From: Dehalococcoidia bacterium
GTDB taxonomy: Bacteria > Chloroflexota > Dehalococcoidia > Bin125
Reading direction: 5' to 3'
Assembly: GCA_963663895.2 (NCBI GenBank)
Contig: CAXXRD010000001.1
Span: 1 to 64,000 of the forward strand
Length of the DNA: 64,000 nucleotides
In this document: positions 10,427 to 19,058 of the stretch, in pieces
How the letters are laid out: each line of letters starts with the position of its first letter
Position numbering within the stretch: the first letter of the stretch is position 1
The notes under the pieces: model-generated
The model's input: the letters and a program-made list of their open reading frames with translations, nothing else
Databases searched by the model: none
What the model was told of the DNA's origin: nothing
Position numbers and translations under genes: made by a program

Positions 10427-12640
10427 TCAACTTCCCGTGCGCCTGTTTATTCCCCCGCGTTTGATCAAGCGCCGGCCGCGCCGACCATAAGAATCCGCAA
10501 CCCACTCGGTGAGATCGCCCTCATCTCCCAGCAGTTCGCGACGCAACTCAATGATCTGATCGCGCAGAAGCGCCGCACGCTCGAACTCAAGGGCTTTCGA
10601 GGCACGCTTCATCTGCTTCTCAAGGTCTTTGACCAGCCGGGCGACCTCGTCTCTGGGAATGTTGGCTGTGTCGACAGGCGCGCTGACGTCGTAGGTCGCG
10701 CGCTCTTCCGCAACTTGCTTCACTTGATCTGTTATGTCCCGTATGGCCTTGCTGATGCTGACCGGTGAGATGCCGTGCTTCTCGTTATAGGCGCGCTGAA
10801 TGCTGCGGCGTCGATCGGTCTCACCGATTGCAGCGCGCATCGAGTCCGTGACGGTGTCGGCGTACATGATCACGTGCCCGTTCACGTGGCGAGCGGCACG
10901 GCCGATGGTCTGGATCAGCGAGCTCTCGTTGCGGAGGTATCCCTCCTTGTCGGCGTCCAAGATCGCGACCAAGCTCACTTCGGGGAGATCTAACCCCTCC
11001 CGCAGGAGATTGATCCCGACCACGCAGTCAAAAACACCGAGCCGGAGGTCCCGAAGGATCTCGACACGCTGGAACGTATCTTGCTCACTGTGGAGGTGAT
11101 GCGTCTTGATGCCGAGTTCACGCAGATAGTCGGCTAAGTCTTCGGCCATCTTCTTGGTCAACGTAGTGACCAAGGCACGCTCGCCACGCTCGACGCGCCG
11201 ATGAACCTCGTCGAGCAAGTCATCGATCTGGCCTTCCGTCTTACGCACCTCCACCGCAGGATCGAGGAGGCCGGTGGGACGGATCACTTGCTCCACAATC
11301 TGGGTGGAATCGCCGCGCTCGTAGTCTCCCGGCGTAGCGGAGACATAGATCACTTGATCAAGGTGAGCGTTGAATTCCTCGAAGCTGAGTGGCCGGTTGT
11401 CGACGGCGGAAGGGAGGCGGAAGCCATGGTCGATGAGCGTCTGCTTGCGGCTGACATCGCCGAAGTACATCCCGCGCACCTGCGGCAGCGCCATGTGGCT
11501 CTCGTCAATAAAGAGCAACCAGCGGTCCGGGAAGTAATCGAGCAGGGTCCAGGGCGGGCTGCCGGCAGCGCGCCGGGCGAGGTGCCGCGAGTAGTTCTCG
11601 ATACCGGAGCAATAGCCGGTCTCACGCAACGTCTCGATGTCGAAGCGGGTGCGCTCCTCAAGTCGCGCTGCCTCGAGAATGCGGCCCTCGCCGCGCAGCG
11701 TCTCCAGGCACCGGGCTAACTCCGTCTCGATATCACGCAGTGAGGCTTCGAGCCGCGCGGCGGAGGTGACGAAGTGCTTGGCAGGGTAGATGTCGACCCG
11801 GTCGCGCTCGGCCAGGACTTCCCCCGTAAGAGGGTCGAGCTCCATGATGCGCTCCACCTGATCGTCCCAAAAGTCCACGCGCACCGCCAGTTCCTCATAT
11901 GAAGGCTGGATAGTGAGGGAGTCGCCACGGATGCGGAACTTGTTCCGGCTAATGGTCATCTCGTCGCGTTGATACTGGACATCGACGAGATGGCGGAGGA
12001 TGCGCCGCCGCTCGATGCTTTCGCCGACTTTCAGCGTCAACACAAGCGATTGGTACTCCTCTGGTTCGCCGAGGCCGTAGATGCAGGAGACCGAAGCAAC
12101 GATGACGACGTCTCGGCGCTCGAAGAGGGCGCGAGTGGCGGCGTGACGCAGCTTGTCGATCTCGTCGTTGATCGCCGCGTCTTTCGCGATGTAGGTGTCT
12201 GTGCGGGGAATGTAGGCCTCGGGCTGATAGTAATCGTAATAGGAGACGAAGTACTCGACCGCATTGCCGGGCAAGTACTCCTTGAACTCGGTGGCGAGCT
12301 GTGCGGCCAGCGTTTTGTTCGGCGCAAGCACCAGCGTGGGGCGGTTCATAGCCGCGATCACGTTCGCCATGGTGAAGGTCTTCCCAGATCCGGTAACGCC
12401 CAGCAACGTCTGAGCGCGATCGCCACGCTGGATACTCTCTACGAGCGCCGCGATCGCCTCCGGCTGATCACCGGTGGGCACGTGGTCGCCGCCGATTTCA
12501 AAACGCTGCAGCACGAACTCCTGAGTGGAGGAACATCGCAGCGGCGGCCGGTCAGATGACGGCTCGTCGCTGCCCGTATCAGCCGTCGACAGCGACGCTG
12601 CAGGTGCGAGCTGTCGTCTCGGCAGCATAAAGGGCTCCAT
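10427..12640 (-). CDS. uvrB: Excinuclease ABC subunit B (true start may be downstream, e.g. GTG 12514)
   Basis: [35 protein letters not shown] and a C-terminal UVR domain. Confidence 0.98.
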   Translation of the reverse strand: MEPFMLPRRQLAPAASLSTADTGSDEPSSDRPPLRCSSTQEFVLQRFEIGGDHVPTGDQPEAIAALVESIQRGDRAQTLLGVTGSGKTFTMANVIAAMNRPTLVLAPNKTLAAQLATEFKEYLPGNAVEYFVSYYDYYQPEAYIPRTDTYIAKDAAINDEIDKLRHAATRALFERRDVVIVASVSCIYGLGEPEEYQSLVLTLKVGESIERRRILRHLVDVQYQRDEMTISRNKFRIRGDSLTIQPSYEELAVRVDFWDDQVERIMELDPLTGEVLAERDRVDIYPAKHFVTSAARLEASLRDIETELARCLETLRGEGRILEAARLEERTRFDIETLRETGYCSGIENYSRHLARRAAGSPPWTLLDYFPDRWLLFIDESHMALPQVRGMYFGDVSRKQTLIDHGFRLPSAVDNRPLSFEEFNAHLDQVIYVSATPGDYERGDSTQIVEQVIRPTGLLDPAVEVRKTEGQIDDLLDEVHRRVERGERALVTTLTKKMAEDLADYLRELGIKTHHLHSEQDTFQRVEILRDLRLGVFDCVVGINLLREGLDLPEVSLVAILDADKEGYLRNESSLIQTIGRAARHVNGHVIMYADTVTDSMRAAIGETDRRRSIQRAYNEKHGISPVSISKAIRDITDQVKQVAEERATYDVSAPVDTANIPRDEVARLVKDLEKQMKRASKALEFERAALLRDQIIELRRELLGDEGDLTEWVADSYGRRGRRLIKRGGINRRTGS

Positions 12641-12836
12641 CAGCCATCCGCATCTCTTCCGTCACCGTACCCGGGCCAAGCGCGCATCGGAGGGTGCGTC
12701 GGGGAAGCATGGTTGCCCCCAACCGGGATAGGGCCCACCGCAGAGCCTGTGCCGTGGCTACGGGCCTTCCCTCGATCACCGACGCTTCTGTTCGTCGCTT
12801 GCAGGAGGAGCAGCCACTTGCAGCCACCCAATCGGC

Positions 12837-13487
12837 TCAGGTTCTGTCGGCAAGGAGATCGAAGACAGAGCGCAGAACCGCTTCGGTGTCGGCCGCCGGC
12901 ACCTCCGAGTCAGGATCCGACAGAGTACCTGCGACCTCACCGACCCAAGCCTTGGCCTCCCGGCGTCCGTAACCGAGCGCCACGAGAGCTTCGATCGCGT
13001 CGCTGAGCGCACGCTCGCGTTCGGGAGTGGGGGACTCAGCAAGGCCGGGGTAGTGCTCATCGACAAGCAGGGCCTCTTCGAGCACTTTCCCCTTGAGCTC
13101 GGCGACGATCTGCTCGGCCTGTCGTGCGCCGATGCCAGGCAGCCGGCGCAGCGCCGCTTTGTCCTCATCTTCGATCCAGCGAGCGATGGTCGAGATGGAA
13201 GTCGCCAGCGCGCGGCGCGCCGTGGTCGGCCCCATCCCGCGGACGCGCATGAACTTTCGAAAGAACTCGCGTTCCGTAGGGCGTAGAAAGCCCACCAGCA
13301 CCGGCGTCGGATTGCGATCGGGCACGTGATAGTAGATGAAGAGTTCGAGCGTATCTGGATGTGGATCCAGCGCCCGCCAAGCGTAGGCAGGTAGTTGGAC
13401 CTCATAGGAGATGCCACCGACGTCGATCTCGACACTTTGCGCGTTTGGGTCCCAGGAGCGGGCGCGCCCGCGAATTCGCGATATCAC
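12837..13487 (-). CDS. ruvA: Holliday junction branch migration protein RuvA
   Basis: MISRIRG, DVGGISYEV, HhH motifs VRGMGP and LPGIGAR, EALVALGY. Confidence 0.93.
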   Translation of the reverse strand: MISRIRGRARSWDPNAQSVEIDVGGISYEVQLPAYAWRALDPHPDTLELFIYYHVPDRNPTPVLVGFLRPTEREFFRKFMRVRGMGPTTARRALATSISTIARWIEDEDKAALRRLPGIGARQAEQIVAELKGKVLEEALLVDEHYPGLAESPTPERERALSDAIEALVALGYGRREAKAWVGEVAGTLSDPDSEVPAADTEAVLRSVFDLLADRT

Positions 13488-13497
13488 GATCGGTCAG

Positions 13498-14004
13498 TCA
13501 TGGTTGCGGCGCTGCGGTCACAGCGAGCCGCTGGCTCAGCAGGTGACAGTAGGCGACGGCGAGTGCATCCGCCGCATCAGACGGTTCAGGAAGCTCCGGG
13601 AGTGCCAATTCCATATACAGCAGTTGCGCCATCGCCGCTTTCTCCGCGCCGCCGTCGCCAGCCACGCGGTGCTTGATCTCTCGAGGCGCGTATTCCGCTA
13701 CCTCCAGCCCGTGACGGGCAGCGGCGATGAAGGCCGCTGCTTGTGCCTGGCCCAGCGCCATCGCCGCCCGGACATCTTCTTTGACGAAGGGGCGCTCCAC
13801 GGCAACGACATGTGGCCGCTGCGACTGGATAGCCGTGCTGAGACCTTCCAAGAGCTCCCCGAGCCGCTGCGCCACCGACCCGCTCCGCCTCGGTTTAATC
13901 AGCCCCCACCGTGCCTCAAATCGCTGTCCCTCTTGTGCAACGAGGGCCCAGCCAGTGGCCTGCAAGCCGGGGTCTACTCCAAACACCCGCAGGATCGAAC
14001 TCAC
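13498..14004 (-). CDS. ruvC: Holliday junction resolvase RuvC
   Basis: GVDPGL, AVE and DAADALAVAYCH motifs. Confidence 0.95.
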   Translation of the reverse strand: MSSILRVFGVDPGLQATGWALVAQEGQRFEARWGLIKPRRSGSVAQRLGELLEGLSTAIQSQRPHVVAVERPFVKEDVRAAMALGQAQAAAFIAAARHGLEVAEYAPREIKHRVAGDGGAEKAAMAQLLYMELALPELPEPSDAADALAVAYCHLLSQRLAVTAAPQP

Positions 14005-14147
14005 CGAAAGAGCCGTCCTAACCCGCGCCCTGTGAGCCGTCCCGCGGCGCGCCGTCTCAGCCGCCGGCCCACCCGACCTCGCCGAACGGCCTGGACATCC
14101 CCCAGTAGTGCGGCAAGCAGGTAGAGGAAACTACGGAATCCAATCAT
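14001..14147 (-). CDS. Small Arg-rich protein, 48 aa (not in ORF track)
   Basis: MIGFRSFLYLLAALLGDVQAVRRGRVGRRLRRRAAGRLTGRGLGRLFR; GAGGGG RBS; its TGA overlaps the GTG start of ruvC. Confidence 0.75.
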   Translation of the reverse strand: MIGFRSFLYLLAALLGDVQAVRRGRVGRRLRRRAAGRLTGRGLGRLFR

Positions 14148-14376
14148 GTCACCCCTCTATCACTCTCCACGATCTTGCCGGACTGAAACGCGCTCCAGGA
14201 AAATCCAGGGAGCTCTTTTTAACCCAGGCAGTCATCCCGTGCACGGTACACCGCGCCGCCAGCTCGGAATTATTCACAGCCTCCCCTCCTTCACGCCGCC
14301 GTCAATCCATCGAGCCAGCATCTACCCATAGCGATCGGGGCGAGCGCGCGAATGAGGGGAGCGCACGCCGCGTTGC

Positions 14377-15132
14377 TCAGAGTTCGGTCAACACAGACTC
14401 GGGAAGGTCGGCGTTGCTGTGAACGGACTGGATATCGTCAAGCTCCTCCAACTGCTCGACCAAGCGAAAAAGCACGCGCGCGTCCGCCTCTTCCAGGGCG
14501 ATCTGGTTGAGCGGTCGCATGACGGTCTCAGCGGACGCGATCGCAACCCCGGCCTCGCTCATGCCGTGACGGACGGATTCAAGATCGGCGGGAGCGGTAC
14601 GGACTTCGACCAGCGTCTCGTCGATCGTGACGTCGGCCGCGCCAGCATCGATCGCCTCAAGCGCCACGCTATCGGGATCGACACCTTCCGCGAGATCAAT
14701 GAGATCGACGACAACGATGCCACAGGGCTCGAAGGCCCAAGCGACGCTGCCGGTTGCACCCAAATTGCCGTTGTACTTGGTCAGCGCCGCCCGAACGTCA
14801 GCGGCCGTCCGGTTGCGGTTGTCGGTGAGTGCGTCGATCAGGAGAGCGACGCCGCCGGGACCGTAGGCCTCGTAGCGAATCTCCTCCCAGTCTTCGCCGC
14901 TCCCTGCACCTGCGGCACGCGCCAGCGCCCGCTCGATGGTGCCCTTGGGCATGTTGGCTTGCTTGGCACGCGCGAGGGCGAGCCGCAGTGAAGGGTTGTC
15001 GTTGGGATTCGGGCCACCTCGACGGGCCGTTGCTTGGATCTCCCGGCCGATTTTGGTAAAGAGCTGGCCGCGTTTCGCGTCTGCGACGCCCTTCTGGCGC
15101 TTGATCTGGGACCACTTAGAATGACCGGCCAC
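14377..15132 (-). CDS. yebC: YebC/PmpR (TACO1) family protein
   Basis: (M)AGHSKWSQIKRQKG, YEAYGPGG and TDNRNRT motifs. Confidence 0.97.
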   Translation of the reverse strand: MAGHSKWSQIKRQKGVADAKRGQLFTKIGREIQATARRGGPNPNDNPSLRLALARAKQANMPKGTIERALARAAGAGSGEDWEEIRYEAYGPGGVALLIDALTDNRNRTAADVRAALTKYNGNLGATGSVAWAFEPCGIVVVDLIDLAEGVDPDSVALEAIDAGAADVTIDETLVEVRTAPADLESVRHGMSEAGVAIASAETVMRPLNQIALEEADARVLFRLVEQLEELDDIQSVHSNADLPESVLTEL

Positions 15133-15153
15133 GCCTTCGCCTCTGCACACAGT

Positions 15154-15177
15154 CGCACGAACGTTCGGATAGTACCA
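15154..15177 (-). promoter_or_regulatory. Extended -10 promoter (TGgTACTAT) with adjacent LexA-like box (CGAAC-GTTC-GTGCG)
   Basis: One mismatch to GAAC-N4-GTTC, just downstream of the -10 and upstream of yebC-ruvC-ruvA-uvrB. Confidence 0.55.
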
Positions 15178-15202
15178 CGCAGGCTTGGACCATCTCGGGG
15201 CG

Positions 15203-16066
15203 TTACGCGAGAGGGACGGCGTCTTCCTGCACGCCCAGCCACACGTTATCGATCAGGCGTGCGCCGCCAACTCGTACGGCCAGCGACAGCAGTGCCGTCG
15301 TTTGCACGCGCTCGATCTCGCGCAACGCGGGAAGTTCGGCGCAGGAGACGTACTCAGCGCGCAGCAAGGGCTCCCGCTCCAAGGCCGCAGCGACAGCAGC
15401 GCGCAGCGCGGCGGCAGCACGCTCCCCGCCCGCGAAGCGTGCCTCCGCCTGTCGAAGGCCACGGGAAATGGCCCGCGCGGCTTCCCGCTCTTCCGGTGCG
15501 AGGTACTGATTGCGGCTGCTCATCGCCATCCCGTCCGCCTCGCGTACCGTAGCGACAGGAACGATCTGGACATCGATATCCAAGTCGCGCACGCATTTGG
15601 CGATGACGAGGAGCTGTTGCGCATCCTTCATGCCGAAGTAGGCGCGGGTCGGCTGCAGAATGAAAAATAATTTGCTCACCACGGTGGTAACGCCAGCGAA
15701 GTGGCCGGGACGGGCGGCACCCTCCAGTACGGCAGTGAGCGGCCCGTCCACCTCGACTTTGGTGGCGAATCCCTCCGGATAGATCTCGTCGACTTGCGGG
15801 AAGAAAATGGCATCGATCCCGACCTTCGCGAGCTTGGCGCTGTCGCTTTCCAAGTCTCGGGGATAGCGATCGAGGTCTTCGTTGGCGCCGAACTGGAGTG
15901 GATTTACGAAGATGGAGGCGGCGACATGATCGTTCTCGGCGCGGGCCCGGCGCGCGAGGGTCAGATGACCCTCGTGCAGCGCGCCCATGGTGGGGACGAG
16001 GCCAAGAGACCCTTGAAGACCGCGCCGCCAGGCGCGTACATCCGCGACCGTCGTCAGTATCTGCAC
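15203..16066 (-). CDS. panC: Pantoate--beta-alanine ligase
   Basis: VPTMGALHEGH, FVNPLQF, RPGHFAGV, AMSSRN and RLIDN motifs. Confidence 0.98.
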   Translation of the reverse strand: MQILTTVADVRAWRRGLQGSLGLVPTMGALHEGHLTLARRARAENDHVAASIFVNPLQFGANEDLDRYPRDLESDSAKLAKVGIDAIFFPQVDEIYPEGFATKVEVDGPLTAVLEGAARPGHFAGVTTVVSKLFFILQPTRAYFGMKDAQQLLVIAKCVRDLDIDVQIVPVATVREADGMAMSSRNQYLAPEEREAARAISRGLRQAEARFAGGERAAAALRAAVAAALEREPLLRAEYVSCAELPALREIERVQTTALLSLAVRVGGARLIDNVWLGVQEDAVPLA

Positions 16067-16112
16067 AGATGCCGTTATCGTGAATCAGCGGTCTCTGTAA
16101 CGAGTGCGCAAC

Positions 16113-16994
16113 CTACCAATCGAAGGGACCGACCCCGGTAACGCCTGTGGCTTCGCCCGTCAGGTGACGGAGCTCCTCAAGGGCATCTTGGTCGAGCTCG
16201 AAGGCATGGTCGAGCGTGGGAAAGGAACCGTCGACCACCTCACGCTGGTAGCTGGCCAGGGCGTTGCGGGCACCTTCAGCAAGCTCCGCATAGTGCTTCG
16301 TGTGCCGCGGCAGGAAATCCGGCAGCAAGCCGAGCATGTCGTGCCAAACCTGGATCTGACCATCGCAGCCGGGCCCGGCACCGATGCCGATGGTGGGGAT
16401 GGCCAGGCGTTCGCTGATGAGGGCGGCGACGGGCGCGGGAATGCCCTCCAAGACGATACTGAAGCAGCCAGCGGCCTCCAACGCCAAGCCGTCATTGAGA
16501 AGCTTGACCGCAGCGGCCGCGGTCTTGCCCTGAATTCTGTGGCCGCCGAGTTGGTTCACGGATTGGGGAGTGAGACCAATGTGACCCATGACTGGGATGC
16601 CGACCTCGACCAGGCGAGTCGCCGTCGAGGCGATGTGCGCACCCCCCTCGAGTTTCACAGCCGTCGCCTCCCCCTCCTGCATAAGGCGAGTGGCGCTGCG
16701 GATCGCATCGTCTGGGCTCGCTTGGTAGGAGCCGAACGGCAAGTCCGCCACGACGAAAGCACGCTCGGTGCCGCGCACAACCGGCTTCGTATGGTGGATG
16801 ATCTCCTCTAGCGTGACCGGCACCGTGCTCTGGTAGCCAAGCACGGTTGTGCCCAGCGAGTCGCCGACCAGCACGCCAGGGATACCGACTTCATCGATTA
16901 ACCGGGCCGAGGGATAGTCGTAGCAAGTGACGAGGGCAAAGCGCTCCCCACGCTGCTTCATGGCTTTGACAGAATGCACGGAGCGCCGACCCAT
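16113..16994 (-). CDS. panB: 3-methyl-2-oxobutanoate hydroxymethyltransferase
   Basis: LVGDSLG, VKLEGG, GHIGLTPQ and IGIGAG motifs; AAAGGAAG RBS. Confidence 0.98.
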   Translation of the reverse strand: MGRRSVHSVKAMKQRGERFALVTCYDYPSARLIDEVGIPGVLVGDSLGTTVLGYQSTVPVTLEEIIHHTKPVVRGTERAFVVADLPFGSYQASPDDAIRSATRLMQEGEATAVKLEGGAHIASTATRLVEVGIPVMGHIGLTPQSVNQLGGHRIQGKTAAAAVKLLNDGLALEAAGCFSIVLEGIPAPVAALISERLAIPTIGIGAGPGCDGQIQVWHDMLGLLPDFLPRHTKHYAELAEGARNALASYQREVVDGSFPTLDHAFELDQDALEELRHLTGEATGVTGVGPFDW

Positions 16995-17160
16995 GGCAGC
17001 TTCCTTTCGTCTGCGCCCGCTCAAGGTCGCAGCGTTGGAATGTTAGCCCTGGCAGCACACGATGCCCGCAGGTGGAGGTGGCGTCTCCCATGAGCGCTCA
17101 CCGCCGCGCGCGGCGGTCGGCTGCGACTCCAGGCTAGGAAGCATACGCGCGGACTGTCAA
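16995..17160 (-). promoter_or_regulatory. panB promoter (TTGACA-N18-TAGCCT) and structured 5' leader
   Basis: -35 at 17160-17155 and -10 at 17136-17131; several inverted repeats in the leader. Confidence 0.55.
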
Positions 17161-17172
17161 CGATCCGTGCCG

Positions 17173-18222
17173 TCAAGTACGGCGGGTCCACTCGTGGGCA
17201 GTGGGAACGTCACCCAGCGCAGTAGCGGCAGTGACGCCCCGCTGAATCGCCAGCGAAATCGTCTCAGCGGCCATCACGCCCAGGAGCGCGATACGGTTGA
17301 GGGTCATCGGCGTACGGTCGTCGCCGGTCGCCAGCACGAAAATGCTGTCCCCATCCAGTGGCGTGTGCGCGGGACGGATGGCGCGGCCGAGACCATCGTC
17401 GGCCATGATCGCAAGACGCGTCGCCTGCGCCTTGTCGAGGCGAGCATTGGTCGCAACGACGGCGATAGTCGTGTTCGTGGGCCCTTCAGACGCCGGGGCA
17501 CTGCTGGCCGAGTCCAGGTCGACGCCGGTCGCATCAGCATCGCGAACCGCGCTCTGGGCCACGAGATCTGCGGCAACGCACATCTCGCCCGGCCGCTGGC
17601 CGCGAGGGGCCGCGATCAGCTTGCCGCCGGTGTCGTAGACATCGCCGATGCCGTTCACAGCGGCGAGCGCTCCCACAACGAGTCCAGACCCGTGAGCCAA
17701 GGCAGCGCTCCCGATCCCCCCCTTGAGCGCCGTCTGCAATCCGCCCGTCTTAGCGACCGTGCAGCCGACGCCTGCACCGACGCTCCCCTGAGGCACGGCG
17801 CCGTCCTGTGCCCTCTCCGTGGCACGGCGTCCAGCAGCAGCGTCCGGAAAAGCCTCGGCAGAACCGATACGCAGATCGAAGAGAACGGCTCCAAGCACGA
17901 TCGGGATGCGTGGCACGCCGATAGCGAGCGCCTGTCCAATCCCACGGTCGCGTAGCACCTCACGCACCCCCGTGGCGGCGGCGAGTCCGAAGGCACTGCC
18001 TCCCGTGAGGAGCACGGCGTGGGCACGCGCGATGGTGTTCTCCGGCTTGAGGAGTTCCGTCTCGATCGATCCGGGTGCGCCCCCTAAGGAGCAGTAGCCC
18101 GGGACGGCTCCCCGATCGCACCGCACCACCGTGCAGCCCGTGATGCCGGCAGTGTCGCTCCAATGCCCGACGCGAATGCCGGGAACAGCGGTGATGGCAT
18201 CAGGGTTGGCGGGGCTAAGCAT
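17173..18222 (-). CDS. P1/S58 (DmpA/ThnT-like) self-processing amidohydrolase
   Basis: ITAVPGIRVGH, GGAPGS, LTGGSAFGL, GSVGAG, NTTIAVVATNA and HTPLDGD motifs; start overlaps the SDR stop. Confidence 0.92.
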   Translation of the reverse strand: MLSPANPDAITAVPGIRVGHWSDTAGITGCTVVRCDRGAVPGYCSLGGAPGSIETELLKPENTIARAHAVLLTGGSAFGLAAATGVREVLRDRGIGQALAIGVPRIPIVLGAVLFDLRIGSAEAFPDAAAGRRATERAQDGAVPQGSVGAGVGCTVAKTGGLQTALKGGIGSAALAHGSGLVVGALAAVNGIGDVYDTGGKLIAAPRGQRPGEMCVAADLVAQSAVRDADATGVDLDSASSAPASEGPTNTTIAVVATNARLDKAQATRLAIMADDGLGRAIRPAHTPLDGDSIFVLATGDDRTPMTLNRIALLGVMAAETISLAIQRGVTAATALGDVPTAHEWTRRT

Positions 18223-19018
18223 GCGAGGAAGGAGGTGCATCGAGGGACCACTTGGCCCAACCGCCGGAGACTTCGAGCGAGGCGCCGGTAACGTTGCATG
18301 CGGCATCCGAGAGCAAATAGACGACGGCGCCCGCGGTTTCATCCGGCTGGGCGAAGCGGCGCATCGCCGTGTGCATCTCGTTGCGCTCCACGTACCAGGC
18401 AGGGAGCTGGCTTGTGAAATCGCTCGCCACCCAACCGGGCGCCACGCAGTTGACGCGAATGGGCTGGGCAGGCGCATGGGCCCATTCCGCAGCGAAGCTC
18501 TTAGCCATCGCCTCGACCGCGCCGCGTGTCATCGCGTAGGCGGACAGCCGTGCCGCGCCGGTATGGGCGAGCACCGAGGAAACGATGACGATCGCCCCGC
18601 CCGTTCCACGCTCCAGCCAGCGCCGCGCGACAGCGGTGGTGAGGAAGAACGTGCCGCGTTGGTTGATACGGACCATCTCATCGAAGTGCGCGGGCGTCAG
18701 CGTTTCAGCGCGGGCGAAGCTGGGGCTGATACCGGCGACACTGACAAATCCGGTGAGGACACCCGCCTCTGCTTCCACACGGTTCAGGAGATCGTCGTGA
18801 TCCTCAATGGCACCGGCATCAGCCGGGTAGGCAAAGGCGCACCCGCCGGCGGCGTTGATCGTCTCTGCTGCCGTCTCGACTTGCTCCGCGGTGCGAGCAG
18901 TGAGCGCAACCGTCGCGCCCGCCGCTGCGATCAGCTTGGCGCACTCGAAGCCGATCCCGCGGCCGGCGCCGCTGACCAATACGATCTGGCCTTCCAGGGA
19001 AAACGGATTCTCAGGCAT
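18215..19018 (-). CDS. Short-chain dehydrogenase/reductase
   Basis: SGAGRGIG and RVNCVAPG motifs; catalytic motif YAMTR (YxxxR variant). Confidence 0.92.
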   Translation of the reverse strand: MPENPFSLEGQIVLVSGAGRGIGFECAKLIAAAGATVALTARTAEQVETAAETINAAGGCAFAYPADAGAIEDHDDLLNRVEAEAGVLTGFVSVAGISPSFARAETLTPAHFDEMVRINQRGTFFLTTAVARRWLERGTGGAIVIVSSVLAHTGAARLSAYAMTRGAVEAMAKSFAAEWAHAPAQPIRVNCVAPGWVASDFTSQLPAWYVERNEMHTAMRRFAQPDETAGAVVYLLSDAACNVTGASLEVSGGWAKWSLDAPPSSHA

Positions 19019-19058
19019 CGAGAAGCAGTGTATGGCAGCGTGCTTTCATAGACGGAGA

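Noticed and set aside
14270-14278. DnaA box as evidence for oriC
   Set aside because: Single box with no cluster, no unwinding element and no dnaA/dnaN nearby.
17030-17095. Resemblance to HDV-like ribozymes (CCACCUCC, GGGCAUC, GGCUAA)
   Set aside because: The required P1, P2 and P3 pairings cannot be built.
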